Below, one piece after another: positions 48,901 through 58,762 of a stretch of DNA of 64,000 nucleotides. The translations under genes and the position numbers were made by a program. Positions within the stretch are counted from its first letter, which is position 1, and the number at the start of each line of letters is the position of its first letter. The stretch lies in IMG/VR virus record IMGVR_UViG_3300032240_001991, positions 262,659-326,658 of that record. One strand, written 5' to 3'. The notes under the pieces were generated by a model, which had not been told where the DNA came from, searched no databases, and saw nothing but the letters and a program-made list of their open reading frames with translations.

Positions 48901-51900
48901 TCGCCGGTAACAACTGGTACTGTTGGAACACTGTTCAATACTGTTACTAACATATTAGTAAATGGCACTGCTGGAGTTACTAATCAAATCATACCTAACA
49001 ATACAGCATCTGTTGTAACCGGTATTGTTAATGCTTACAATTTATTACAGGCTAATAAATCCTTTATAGAAGACGAAGTTATTGCTTATGTAGACTTGAC
49101 TACTGGCGGATTTAGTTATGATCAACCTAAGTGTTATAGAGATGTTGGGTTAATTGTTGATAGTTTAGCAGAAGACTTGTTATTCAACGGAAGTAGTCAG
49201 AGTAATTTTTCTGGATTACAATATTGGGCACAAGGATCTACAAGTATCCCAGGAGAACTTAATACAACAACTGCGGCAATTAGTTACGTAAGAGACCTTG
49301 CAGTAAAAGTTGTTGTTGGTGATACAAGTGGCACAAGATATCAAAACTCAGTTCTTCAAATCACTAGCAGTACTGTTGCTACAGTAGCAGAACAACAGAA
49401 GGTCTATGACGAATTTAATCTAATACTTGATATTATACTTAATGGCACTAGTGGAGTTACTGACAAAATTATACCAAACGGAGTCACAATTAGTAGTGAT
49501 CCAAGCATACAGGCGGCATATTTCTTATTAGAAGCTAATAAATCATATCTGCAGGCAGAAGCAATCGCTTATGTTACTGCTATTAAGACACAGGGATTCT
49601 TCTATGACGTTAATAAATGTTATAGAGATGTTGGATACATGGTTGACAGTGTATCATTTGATATGTTATATGGCGGTAATCGACAAGCAATACAATCTGG
49701 TGTATATTACTACGGATTTGACAGTGCTACGACTAATGTTCCAAATGAACAGACACAGGTTGTTGCAGCATACGAATACATTAAAACGCTTTCAAGTTAT
49801 ATAATTAAAGGGCAAAGACTTCCGTCTCAGTATCAATATTCTGTAATACAAGTAATACCTACATTAGTTGGTAGTAATGCAGACGTTGCTGCGGTAAATT
49901 CTAACGTTGATTTAATAGTTAACATTATTAATACCGGAACTAGCGCAGCATTAGCACCAACTCCAATTAGTTTAACATCTACATCAACTCAGGCAACTAT
50001 TAACGCGGTTAATGCTCTTGTAGTAAATCGACAATTTATACAGGCTGAAGTAGTTGCTTATATTAATAGTACCTTTTCACCAGGGTTTATCTATGATAGA
50101 ACCAAGTGTCGCAGAGATGTTGGGTACATTATTGACGGTGTCAGCTTTGACTTATTGCATGGCGGAAATCGACAAAGTGTACAGAGCGGAGTATATTATT
50201 ACGGATTTGATTCAAATTCTAGTGTAATTACCTATGAATTGGCTCAAATTACCGCCGCTTATAACCGAATTAAGGAGATTTCTAGTAAGATTATTAAAGG
50301 ACTGCCTGTTACTCCTACTTTAGGTAATAACGTTACACAAGTTACAGGAAGTAGTTCAGCTACAGATACCGAAGTTGCATATATCGCTAGTGAAATTAAT
50401 ATTATCAATGATATTATTAATAATGGCCCTAGCACCGGTTACCCAAAGACACCGATTAAGTTAACTTCAACAAGCACACAAGCAGTTATTGATGCACATA
50501 CATACTTACTAGCTAACCGTACATTTATTCAAACTGAGCTAATTGCTTATATAAATTACTGGTTTGCACAGGCAGGAACAACTTCTACAACTTCAACATT
50601 TGTTTACGACAAAATTAAATGTCAGCGAGATACAGAATTAATTGTAGACAGTGTAGCATTAGATTTACTATACGAAGGTAATACACAAAGTACCTTTGCT
50701 GGATTGCAATACTGGTCGCAAGGAACAACCAATATTCCAAGCGAACAAACTACAACAACTAATGCCATTGCCTACGCGCAGTCTCTAGTAGATACTCTAA
50801 TTTCTCCGTACACTACTTCCACCAGTGTTGACGAGAATTTTAATTTAATCATTAACATAATTAATTCTGGAACATCTTTAGTAACTGATTTAATTGTTCC
50901 AAACAGCTTACCTTCAACTAATACTGGAACAGTGGCTGCATATAATATAATACAGTCAAATAAAGCATCAATACAACAACAAACAGTAGACTGGGTCAAT
51001 ACAAATAATCCAGGGTTTGTTTATAGCACATCAACATGTTATAGAGACGTTGGATATATTTTAGACTGTGTCAGCTTTGACTTGCTACATGGCGGAAATC
51101 GACAAAGTATTCAAGCAGGTACGTACTATTACGGATATAGCACTACACAGACAAATATTGTAAACGAAATACCTCAGGTAATAGGGGCATACAATCAATT
51201 AAAATATTTGATTAACGAAGTTCTTGCAAATCGTGCGTTAACTAAAACATATCAAGTAGTATATCCTCAGGTATTAATTCCTGCTTATATGGGAACTGCT
51301 AGCGTTATCAAGGGAGAAGAAGTAATTACAGCTGATGCAATTACCTATCTCAACAGTATTAGTCTAAATGTAATTAGTAATACTCCGGTTCCTGTAAGAC
51401 GAGGTCCTGTAGCACAAACATTTAATACATCGTTAGACGGCGGACAGCATGCCGGCACTGCGGTGACAAGAAATTATACTATCATCTCAGACGTAATTAA
51501 GAAAGGCCCTAATGCAGCTCCAGTACCGTTCACTGGTTCAGGATTATTTGCAACTACAGGTGTAAGTAGCGATGACGTTCGCCGTAGTCCTACTATTTTA
51601 TCAATTGTTACACAAACAGGAAATACTTACACATTAGAATTATCTGAGCCAACTGTAGGAGATAGTCAAGGCGGTACATTATACTTTGGTAATACATTAG
51701 TATTTCCTGCAACAGACGAACAAGTTGAAGAAGCAAGTCTAAAGTATACCGGCAATGCAACTACATGGAACACACGTAAAGTAGATCCTATTGGTGCTAT
51801 GGGAGGAAGCTTAGTTGACGGAAGCGTCGTTAGCGATCGAAGCCCAATTCAATCCTTCGTTTACGATGCGTTTACCCAAGTATCGCAAGGTGGCAGAGGT

Positions 51901-53481
51901 GTTCACGTTACTAATAATGGCTACGCGCAGTTAGTATCTGTGTTTACAATTTTCTGTAGTGTAGGCGTTCAGGTAGATAACGGAGGTATTGCTAGTATTG
52001 TAAACAGTAACGCAAACTTTGGCGATATCTGCTTGTTATCAAACGGCTTTGGTAAGAAAGAATTTAGCGGAACCGTATATAATCCGCCATATCCGTCATA
52101 TCTACCAAATGGCGAATACTACCCATTTGGTTATTATCCGCAAAAAGGACAGGTTGAGGTTTATATTCCAGACACATCCTATCGTCCACACATTGCACTA
52201 ATTATGGAAGTTGAACCTCCAACTACCTACATTGACTATTCTGGAAATGTTGTTACTTATAAAAACGATCAAGGATATCCAGGATTTTTAAATGCAACGC
52301 CAAGCGTTGCATTTCTAACTACCGGCAGTATTACTATTAACGACATTGACACAAATGGTATAGCGGTAGGCAATTCTGTTTACATTAGAGATCAATACGG
52401 TAATACTGGAACCACAGTTAATAGTGTATTCACTCCGTATGTATACCCAGATACAATAGTAACTGATGTAAGTTATCGAACAGTTACGCTTAATCAAGCG
52501 TTAGGAGCAGGAGGAGCAGATCCAAGCAATACTGCACAATCAATTAATGCAGACTACTTTAATGTCTATTTCTGCGGCAATGCATACTATACAGTTTTAA
52601 GTAGTACAGTTAACGATAGTTTTGGAAAACCATTAGGAACTAACATTTTATCTTCAACAAATGTAACGACCACTGGAACAGATCAAATATTACCAGAAAT
52701 AGCAAGTTTACAATTAATTAATACTACACTAGCTGGTTATATGACGGATGCAAGCGTTAATGCATCAGCTATAAACTTTGTTAATAACTGCATTAATAAT
52801 ATTATCATACCTATAATTACTGCAACAAATGTTACTGTAGCAGAAACTCTGTTTACTCCTATTAAGAGTGCAATACCTCCTGCTGGTGCTAGCCTTGCAA
52901 TTAGTGTCATTAATAATAATGTTGAAAATGTTGTAACTACTGTTACTAATTTTATTGCTACAACGTATCCTACTTTATATAACGACACTAGATTTAATTT
53001 AGAAAAGTGTAAGAGAGACGTACGATTAACATTAAAACAACTTACGTTTGAACTAGAAGCAGGTGGAAATTATTACAGTATCTATACCGGTTTAAGTTAT
53101 TGGTATCGTGCAGGCACACACCATATTATTAATATAGAAGAAAATGTAACAAATACTGCACTTTTTCCAGACGGAGCTACGGTTAACTTTTATCAAAGAA
53201 GTTATATGAGTGCTTCTGGTTATGTATTTGAATATGTAGGTGCAGGAGTAACATACAGTGCGTTGCCTCAGAGAGGTGTAAAAGACCCTGTACAAGGCAA
53301 GGAAGTAGTTCAAGTAAATAATGGTAAGGTGTTCTTTACTTCTACAGACCAAAACGGAGACTTCAGAATTGGTCCAGAACTAGTTATCGCTCAAGCTACA
53401 GGTGTATTGAGCGGTAGAACATTTACTAAGAGTTTATTTGCTAACATGACACCGTTTATTTTAGCAATTGAAGCCGGTTAA
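45940..53481 (+). CDS. Giant virion appendage protein: beta-helix-like tailspike domain with 10 inserted CxRD helical repeats
   Basis: LFVTMDGNDTNDG...CKTISGA...IKVYSGHYLE...VGDDLRTT beta-helix entry motif, followed by repeats of consensus F.YD..KCYRDVG.IVD.V..D...GGN..S...G..YY. Likely start ATG 45940 after GAGGAG. Confidence 0.7.
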   Translation: MAIGRISGPLLAKNLLRDGIDLAFETDLLYLDVANGRIGVRKNNPSYELDVNGTINAKNLRVVYTGPGSGKATLGKLEITSGTITTTVGPINIQPSGNETINLVGDTTVTGNLHATGNITADGNITLGNNTATDVVIFESEIGSSLIPAADQQYSLGSQERAWLDAYVSTLVANQLSSTSTLNINSGANLVQINSDLKVNGQNPLGTAPVITNVLFVTMDGNDTNDGRAADASRACKTISGAIRSPYYRPGTLIKVYSGHYLENNPLLLQPNTAVVGDDLRTTSIEPINKTQDLFHVQSGCYIAQVQFYNGRSGLLPGPYVNGTNRGAYCTAFPPQVGGNKIDVYQSPYIQNCTNQSGPWLVDGTMFVPNQTVQIPQAVGTTVFDSNTTTIVVTITTGTVVPGLHVISGPQDVGFTNARTLLLSNLAFIQDQTVAWVNHQVKTSSTVYIPQLATTTNFTNFTYDQAKCYRDVGLILQNVAYDATFGGNEKAVEAGLAYWNGVINLIEGQQGQTTAAINYINTLSQAIITNTTVTNLYSSSTAQIINTALVNGVIASEEITSAIGTIITIINDGPIAAPPIFISCGPETPLVSAELLLQQNRKFLQGEVTAYVDATYPTFEYKKDYCYRDVGLIVDAVAQDIIVGGNTKSIEAALSYYTGGKGDSSVAETAIVNNFNLIKNIIQNGPSVAPDPVSGPNLGTGFSNAQDILLANIFFVQTEVSAYVRSLFDNTFRLTQLQQNLCYRDIGTILTAIAEDTAAGGNVNTVYAGLQYFNGSVSVLPGNQTEKTILTLNYMQQLCVNIIKNIQNTGLYQVLIPQVFGDYTGTDQANAVNANIELITDIITLGPTVVTSLYPISQSMTTDVRNINAFNLLTANKSFLAAELTGWVDTTFSKGFNYNTATCYRDTGLIVDSLAWDLLQQDTSQSIFSGLQYYNKSGYTGSINKELTTTTAAINYAKELAMKVVVNSTVTNLQTATLQVFNLVNPGSPVTTGTVGTLFNTVTNILVNGTAGVTNQIIPNNTASVVTGIVNAYNLLQANKSFIEDEVIAYVDLTTGGFSYDQPKCYRDVGLIVDSLAEDLLFNGSSQSNFSGLQYWAQGSTSIPGELNTTTAAISYVRDLAVKVVVGDTSGTRYQNSVLQITSSTVATVAEQQKVYDEFNLILDIILNGTSGVTDKIIPNGVTISSDPSIQAAYFLLEANKSYLQAEAIAYVTAIKTQGFFYDVNKCYRDVGYMVDSVSFDMLYGGNRQAIQSGVYYYGFDSATTNVPNEQTQVVAAYEYIKTLSSYIIKGQRLPSQYQYSVIQVIPTLVGSNADVAAVNSNVDLIVNIINTGTSAALAPTPISLTSTSTQATINAVNALVVNRQFIQAEVVAYINSTFSPGFIYDRTKCRRDVGYIIDGVSFDLLHGGNRQSVQSGVYYYGFDSNSSVITYELAQITAAYNRIKEISSKIIKGLPVTPTLGNNVTQVTGSSSATDTEVAYIASEINIINDIINNGPSTGYPKTPIKLTSTSTQAVIDAHTYLLANRTFIQTELIAYINYWFAQAGTTSTTSTFVYDKIKCQRDTELIVDSVALDLLYEGNTQSTFAGLQYWSQGTTNIPSEQTTTTNAIAYAQSLVDTLISPYTTSTSVDENFNLIINIINSGTSLVTDLIVPNSLPSTNTGTVAAYNIIQSNKASIQQQTVDWVNTNNPGFVYSTSTCYRDVGYILDCVSFDLLHGGNRQSIQAGTYYYGYSTTQTNIVNEIPQVIGAYNQLKYLINEVLANRALTKTYQVVYPQVLIPAYMGTASVIKGEEVITADAITYLNSISLNVISNTPVPVRRGPVAQTFNTSLDGGQHAGTAVTRNYTIISDVIKKGPNAAPVPFTGSGLFATTGVSSDDVRRSPTILSIVTQTGNTYTLELSEPTVGDSQGGTLYFGNTLVFPATDEQVEEASLKYTGNATTWNTRKVDPIGAMGGSLVDGSVVSDRSPIQSFVYDAFTQVSQGGRGVHVTNNGYAQLVSVFTIFCSVGVQVDNGGIASIVNSNANFGDICLLSNGFGKKEFSGTVYNPPYPSYLPNGEYYPFGYYPQKGQVEVYIPDTSYRPHIALIMEVEPPTTYIDYSGNVVTYKNDQGYPGFLNATPSVAFLTTGSITINDIDTNGIAVGNSVYIRDQYGNTGTTVNSVFTPYVYPDTIVTDVSYRTVTLNQALGAGGADPSNTAQSINADYFNVYFCGNAYYTVLSSTVNDSFGKPLGTNILSSTNVTTTGTDQILPEIASLQLINTTLAGYMTDASVNASAINFVNNCINNIIIPIITATNVTVAETLFTPIKSAIPPAGASLAISVINNNVENVVTTVTNFIATTYPTLYNDTRFNLEKCKRDVRLTLKQLTFELEAGGNYYSIYTGLSYWYRAGTHHIINIEENVTNTALFPDGATVNFYQRSYMSASGYVFEYVGAGVTYSALPQRGVKDPVQGKEVVQVNNGKVFFTSTDQNGDFRIGPELVIAQATGVLSGRTFTKSLFANMTPFILAIEAG

Positions 53482-53490
53482 GGAAAAATT

Positions 53491-53874
53491 ATGGCACAGT
53501 TACCATTAAACACGTTTAAAACAAAAACAGCAATTTTAACAACAAATACTACGGCAACAATATATACCGCACCTATTGGTGTAACTTCTATTATTTTGAT
53601 GACACAAGTATCTAATCTTGATACTGTGCCGCATGCAGTGTCTTTTTCTCATCATAGAAATCTTCCTATTCTTCCTAATGCTCAAGGAACAGGCGGTCAG
53701 CCGGCAAACGTTACTACAGAATTAGTAAAGGGATACTTAGTTCCTTCAAACGATGCAGCTAGTATGACCACAGGCAAAATGATTATTGAACAATTAGACA
53801 GTATATATTGCTATGCAGATGCAGAAGGTGTTTGTAAAATTACGTTAAGCGTACTGGAGACTGCGAATGCCTAA
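53491..53874 (+). CDS. Small beta-rich virion protein, probable paralog of 44672..44989
   Basis: AAGGA SD; motifs TIYTAP..VTSIIL...VSN and GKMIIE..DSI. Confidence 0.55.
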   Translation: MAQLPLNTFKTKTAILTTNTTATIYTAPIGVTSIILMTQVSNLDTVPHAVSFSHHRNLPILPNAQGTGGQPANVTTELVKGYLVPSNDAASMTTGKMIIEQLDSIYCYADAEGVCKITLSVLETANA

Positions 53875-56800
53875 TCTTATTAGTGGTCGCGTACTGGTTA
53901 CCCCTGGTAATCTTTTAGATCCAAACCGTAACCAGTTTTTAAATTTAACTAATGCACAACCAGCATTAGGCCCTTCGCCTACCACTAGCACCGGTTATAC
54001 TTTAATTACATTTAATACTGGAACTATCTATTCAAATAGTTTAGGTAATTTAGCATTTACTGCTGGATTAATTACTCCAAATATTTCTAGTATTAACACT
54101 ATAACATTACAGGTAACAAGCTCAGGCACTATTCAGCTATTATCAGGAAATGTAAATGTAAGCAAAGGAATGACCTTCCTTAATACTTCTACTGGGTTTA
54201 TTAATCTAGGAGGAAGAGATAGCAAAAGAATTCCTAACTATTATGAAGGTACGACGCCTCCAACTGGAACATATTTTTGGGAAGGCGACCAATGGTACGA
54301 TCCTGTAACTGATGTTTTGTATGAATGGATCCTTGATGATAACGGCCAACGATGGGTTGACGTTACTGGACCATTCTTTAGTACTACAATTGCTGTTGCT
54401 GGATTTGTTGGCAGTTACGGAGCAGTTGGTTACACTGGTAGTAAAGGTGATCAAGGAATTCCTGGAACGCCTGGTATACCGGGAGGTTACTCAGGCAGTA
54501 AGGGAGATACAGGACAATTAGGTTATGTAGGTAGCCAAGGCCTGCCAGGAGATGTAGGATATAAAGGTAGTGTTGGTTATACTGGGTCAGCTAGTACAAC
54601 ATTAGGATATACAGGGTCAACCGGATATACCGGTTCAGCTAGTTCTGCAGCAGGATATACTGGCTCGGCTAGCACAACTGTTGGATATAGTGGTAGCCGA
54701 GGTTATACAGGCAGTGTTGGTTACTGGGGTAGTAGGGGCGACACTGGTTATTGGGGCAGCGAAGGTAGCTTAGGGTATACAGGAAGTCGAGGATATACAG
54801 GCAGTCAAGGACTATCTGGGTATTACGGATCTAAGGGTGATATAGGATTTACTGGTAGTTTAGGTTACTGGGGCAGTATTGGGTATGTAGGTAGTAAAGG
54901 ATTTACTGGATCTAAAGGCGACACAGGATTTACCGGTAGCTTGGGTTATTGGGGCAGTATTGGTTACTACGGATCTACAGGATACAATGGCAGTAACGGA
55001 TTTAACGGATCTAAAGGCGACACAGGATTTACCGGCAGCTTGGGTTATTGGGGCAGTATTGGTTACGTAGGCAGTAAAGGATACTCTGGTTCTAAAGGCG
55101 ATACAGGATTTACTGGCAGTATAGGATTTATTGGTAGCCTTGGCTACTACGGCAGTGTTGGATACTACGGCAGTGTTGGATATACTGGTTCCGCCAGTAC
55201 TGCGCTAGGATATACTGGTTCTTATGGATACTACGGAAGTGTTGGGTATATAGGATCAGCAAGCGTTATTCCTGGTTATACTGGTAGTCGAGGATCGGGA
55301 TTTACTGGTTCTGCAAGTACCTTACTAGGATATACTGGATCAATTGGTTATTACGGTAGTGTTGGATACACTGGTTCTGCAAGCACCGCAGCAGGATATG
55401 CAGGAAGTGTTGGATATGTTGGTAGTGTTGGAGCTGGTTATACTGGTTCTGCAAGTACCGTAGCAGGTTATGCAGGAAGTGTTGGATATATAGGTAGTTC
55501 CGGAACTGGATACACTGGTTCTGCAAGTACCGTAGCAGGTTATGCAGGAAGTGTTGGATATATAGGTAGTTCCGGAACTGGATACACTGGTTCAGCGAGT
55601 ACTACGATAGGATACTCTGGTAGTTTAGGGTATACCGGAAGCATTGGATTTACTGGATCTTCTGGATATGTAGGAAGTAGAGGATATTACGGTTCTGTTG
55701 GCTTTACAGGATCGTTAGGGTATTACGGTTCTATTGGATATGTTGGATCCTCTGGGTACACCGGTTCAGCTAGTACGCAAATAGGATATACCGGATCGCT
55801 TGGTTATTTTGGTAGCCAAGGAAGAGATGGCCCATTAGGTCCTCTAGGTCCAATTGGATACATAGGATCCAATGGTAGTGTAGGAACATTGGGTCCACTT
55901 GGTCCTCTTGGTCCTCTTGGTCCAATAGGTTATATTGGTAGCCAAGGAAGAGACGGTCCGTTAGGTCCATTAGGTCCAATTGGATTTACAGGATCTAATG
56001 GTAGTGTAGGAACATTGGGTCCTCTTGGTCCTCTTGGTCCTCTTGGTCCAATAGGTTATATTGGTAGTCAAGGAAGAGACGGTCCGTTAGGTCCATTAGG
56101 TCCAATTGGATACATAGGATCCAATGGTAGTGTAGGAACATTGGGTCCTCTTGGTCCTCTTGGCCCTCTTGGTCCAATAGGTTATATTGGTAGCCAAGGA
56201 AGAGACGGTCCGTTAGGTCCAATTGGACCAATTGGATATATTGGCTCAGGCGGAAGTTTAGGCAGTCAAGGTCCACTTGGTCCATTGGGTCCATTAGGTC
56301 CATTAGGTCCAATAGGTTATTTTGGTAGTCAAGGAAGAGACGGTCCACTAGGTCCAATTGGATATAGTGGCTCAGGCGGAAGTTTAGGCAGTCAAGGTCC
56401 GCTTGGTCCACTTGGTCCACTTGGTCCAATAGGTCCTCAGGGTGTTCAAGGTCCACTTGGTCCAATAGGTTTTACAGGATCTAACGGTAGTGTTGGAACA
56501 CTAGGCCCATTAGGTCCGCTTGGTCCACTAGGCCCAATTGGCTTTATTGGTAGTCAAGGCAGAGATGGCCCGTTAGGTCCAATAGGTTACATTGGGTCTG
56601 GCGGAACGTTAGGTAATCAAGGACCTCTTGGTCCATTAGGTCCATTAGGTCCATTAGGACCAATAGGTCCTCAGGGCGGCCAAGGTCCACTTGGTCCATT
56701 AGGTCCATTAGGTCCACTTGGCCCAATAGGTTTTACAGGATCTAACGGTACTGTAGGAACATTAGGCCCATTAGGCCCATTAGGCCCATTAGGTCCACTT

Positions 56801-57940
56801 GGCCCAATAGGACCACAAGGAAGGGACGGCCCATTAGGTCCAATAGGATTTATTGGTAGCCAAGGTATTGGTCCAATTGGATTTATTGGTAGCCATGGAC
56901 CAGTTGGTCCACTAGGTCCGCAAGGTACTCAAGGCCCACTTGGTCCGTTAGGCCCAATAGGATTTATTGGTAGTCAGGGCGATTTAGGATTTATTGGATC
57001 TGCAAGCAATATTAGAGGTTATACAGGTTCTGGTTCGCAAGGTAATCTAGGTCCGTTAGGCCCATTAGGCCCAATTGGTCCTCAAGGTACCCAAGGTCCG
57101 TTAGGTCCTCAAGGTACCCAAGGTCCGTTAGGTACTCAAGGTCCGTTAGGTCCAATAGGATTTATTGGTAGTGCAGGCGGATATACCGGAAGTCAGGGTC
57201 CAATTGGACCTCAAGGTACTCAAGGTCCGTTAGGTCCAATAGGATTTATTGGTAGTGCAGGCGGATATACCGGAAGTCAGGGTCCGATTGGACCTCAAGG
57301 TAATTTTGGTCCGTTAGGCCCATTAGGCCCATTAGGTCCAATTGGACCTCAGGGTAATTTAGGTCCAATAGGACCTCAGGGTAATTTAGGTCCATTAGGT
57401 CCAATTGGAATTGACGGACCATTAGGTCCAATAGGACCAGCGGGCCCAGGAACTAGCATTAATGCTTCTTTTTCAACAGTATCAACACCAAACTGGTCTT
57501 CACCAAATTACATTGTTGGTGTAACAGCAGCGGGCGGTGCAACTCCTTATATAGTATCGTCTCTTACACCGATATATTTCACTCCGTCAACTGGAGTGTT
57601 GGCCGCTCCAGTTCTTAATGCGACTTCCGACATTAACAAGAAAACTAATATTATTCAAATTGATGACGGGTTAGAAATCGTTGGGCAATTAACAGGAGTT
57701 AGATTTACGTGGAAAGACAACAAAATGCCTAGTGCTGGATTAATTGCTCAAGAAGTAGAACAAGTGATGCCTGAATTAGTACACGAAAATGATGGCGTTA
57801 AATCATTAAACTATAACGGTATTATTGGTGCTCTTGTAGAAGCTGTTAAGAATTTAACATCAAAGATCACTTTGCTTGAGGAAAAAACCATTAAAGAATT
57901 AAAAGATGAAATTGAAAGTCTCAAAGGAGTAAACAACTAA
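53867..57940 (+). CDS. Collagen-like tail fibre with C-terminal intramolecular chaperone (peptidase S74-like)
   Basis: About 1000 aa of Gly-X-Y. C-terminus [10 protein letters not shown]...[10 protein letters not shown]...[16 protein letters not shown]...[18 protein letters not shown]. Confidence 0.85.
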   Translation: MPNLISGRVLVTPGNLLDPNRNQFLNLTNAQPALGPSPTTSTGYTLITFNTGTIYSNSLGNLAFTAGLITPNISSINTITLQVTSSGTIQLLSGNVNVSKGMTFLNTSTGFINLGGRDSKRIPNYYEGTTPPTGTYFWEGDQWYDPVTDVLYEWILDDNGQRWVDVTGPFFSTTIAVAGFVGSYGAVGYTGSKGDQGIPGTPGIPGGYSGSKGDTGQLGYVGSQGLPGDVGYKGSVGYTGSASTTLGYTGSTGYTGSASSAAGYTGSASTTVGYSGSRGYTGSVGYWGSRGDTGYWGSEGSLGYTGSRGYTGSQGLSGYYGSKGDIGFTGSLGYWGSIGYVGSKGFTGSKGDTGFTGSLGYWGSIGYYGSTGYNGSNGFNGSKGDTGFTGSLGYWGSIGYVGSKGYSGSKGDTGFTGSIGFIGSLGYYGSVGYYGSVGYTGSASTALGYTGSYGYYGSVGYIGSASVIPGYTGSRGSGFTGSASTLLGYTGSIGYYGSVGYTGSASTAAGYAGSVGYVGSVGAGYTGSASTVAGYAGSVGYIGSSGTGYTGSASTVAGYAGSVGYIGSSGTGYTGSASTTIGYSGSLGYTGSIGFTGSSGYVGSRGYYGSVGFTGSLGYYGSIGYVGSSGYTGSASTQIGYTGSLGYFGSQGRDGPLGPLGPIGYIGSNGSVGTLGPLGPLGPLGPIGYIGSQGRDGPLGPLGPIGFTGSNGSVGTLGPLGPLGPLGPIGYIGSQGRDGPLGPLGPIGYIGSNGSVGTLGPLGPLGPLGPIGYIGSQGRDGPLGPIGPIGYIGSGGSLGSQGPLGPLGPLGPLGPIGYFGSQGRDGPLGPIGYSGSGGSLGSQGPLGPLGPLGPIGPQGVQGPLGPIGFTGSNGSVGTLGPLGPLGPLGPIGFIGSQGRDGPLGPIGYIGSGGTLGNQGPLGPLGPLGPLGPIGPQGGQGPLGPLGPLGPLGPIGFTGSNGTVGTLGPLGPLGPLGPLGPIGPQGRDGPLGPIGFIGSQGIGPIGFIGSHGPVGPLGPQGTQGPLGPLGPIGFIGSQGDLGFIGSASNIRGYTGSGSQGNLGPLGPLGPIGPQGTQGPLGPQGTQGPLGTQGPLGPIGFIGSAGGYTGSQGPIGPQGTQGPLGPIGFIGSAGGYTGSQGPIGPQGNFGPLGPLGPLGPIGPQGNLGPIGPQGNLGPLGPIGIDGPLGPIGPAGPGTSINASFSTVSTPNWSSPNYIVGVTAAGGATPYIVSSLTPIYFTPSTGVLAAPVLNATSDINKKTNIIQIDDGLEIVGQLTGVRFTWKDNKMPSAGLIAQEVEQVMPELVHENDGVKSLNYNGIIGALVEAVKNLTSKITLLEEKTIKELKDEIESLKGVNN
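54401..57450 (+). repeat. Coding tandem repeats (9-, 18- and 72-bp units) of the collagen-like domain
   Basis: Runs of ggtccatta-type units; exact 72-bp duplication at 55442/55514. Confidence 0.9.
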
Positions 57941-58761
57941 TGTCATTTCCAATTAGTCCTTATGACGGTCAATTAACAACCCAAAATGGTATAATTTATA
58001 CATATTCTACATCAACTAACAGCTGGAGAAGAAATTTTAATAATGTTTTAGACCAATTAGTAATTGGCGGAACATATCAATCTACGGCCACAAATAATGG
58101 TGCGTTAATTGTTTTTGGTGGAGCAGGTATTGGAAAAAATCTAAATGTAGGAGGAAATTTAGATGTAAAAGGAACGGTCAACGCAGTTGGCACCGTTTAT
58201 CTTAATCCAGATGGAGGCGATGTTTTCATAGAACCGTCTTTAAATGGAACAGTTATTATCTATCCTAATACAGAAGGCAACATGGATAACGTAACCATTG
58301 GAGAAAATCTTCCAAGACCTGGTTATTTTACTGTTCTCGAAGCTTTAAATACTGCAAACAGCAATTCTACCTCTTCAGGCGCTTTAGTTGTATCAGGCGG
58401 AGCAGGAATAGGTAAAGATTTATATGTTGGCGGCACAATATTTGCACGGAATTTTGCTCCGGTTGGCACAATATGGTATTATACTAGTACAAATTACACC
58501 GCAGTATCGGGCGATCGTCTATTATTAGATACTGCTCTAAATACTTTAACTGTTTATCTCCCTCCTAGCCCAACAATTGGCGACATTGTAGAATTTATAG
58601 ATTTCTCAGGAACCTTCTCTAACAATAATGCAACGTTTGATCGTAATGGACAAAAAATTATGGGGGTTGCTGACAATTTAATACTAGACTTAAATTACGC
58701 TGCAAATACACTGATTTATTCAGGAACAATACAGGGATGGAAAATAGGAGTTATATTCTAA
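57940..58761 (+). CDS. Tail fibre-associated protein
   Basis: [12 protein letters not shown]-terminus, GALIVFGGAGIGKNL repeats, and C-terminal YTAVSGDRLLLDT...LPPSPTIGDIVEFID module. Confidence 0.65.
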   Translation: MSFPISPYDGQLTTQNGIIYTYSTSTNSWRRNFNNVLDQLVIGGTYQSTATNNGALIVFGGAGIGKNLNVGGNLDVKGTVNAVGTVYLNPDGGDVFIEPSLNGTVIIYPNTEGNMDNVTIGENLPRPGYFTVLEALNTANSNSTSSGALVVSGGAGIGKDLYVGGTIFARNFAPVGTIWYYTSTNYTAVSGDRLLLDTALNTLTVYLPPSPTIGDIVEFIDFSGTFSNNNATFDRNGQKIMGVADNLILDLNYAANTLIYSGTIQGWKIGVIF

Positions 58762-58762
58762 A

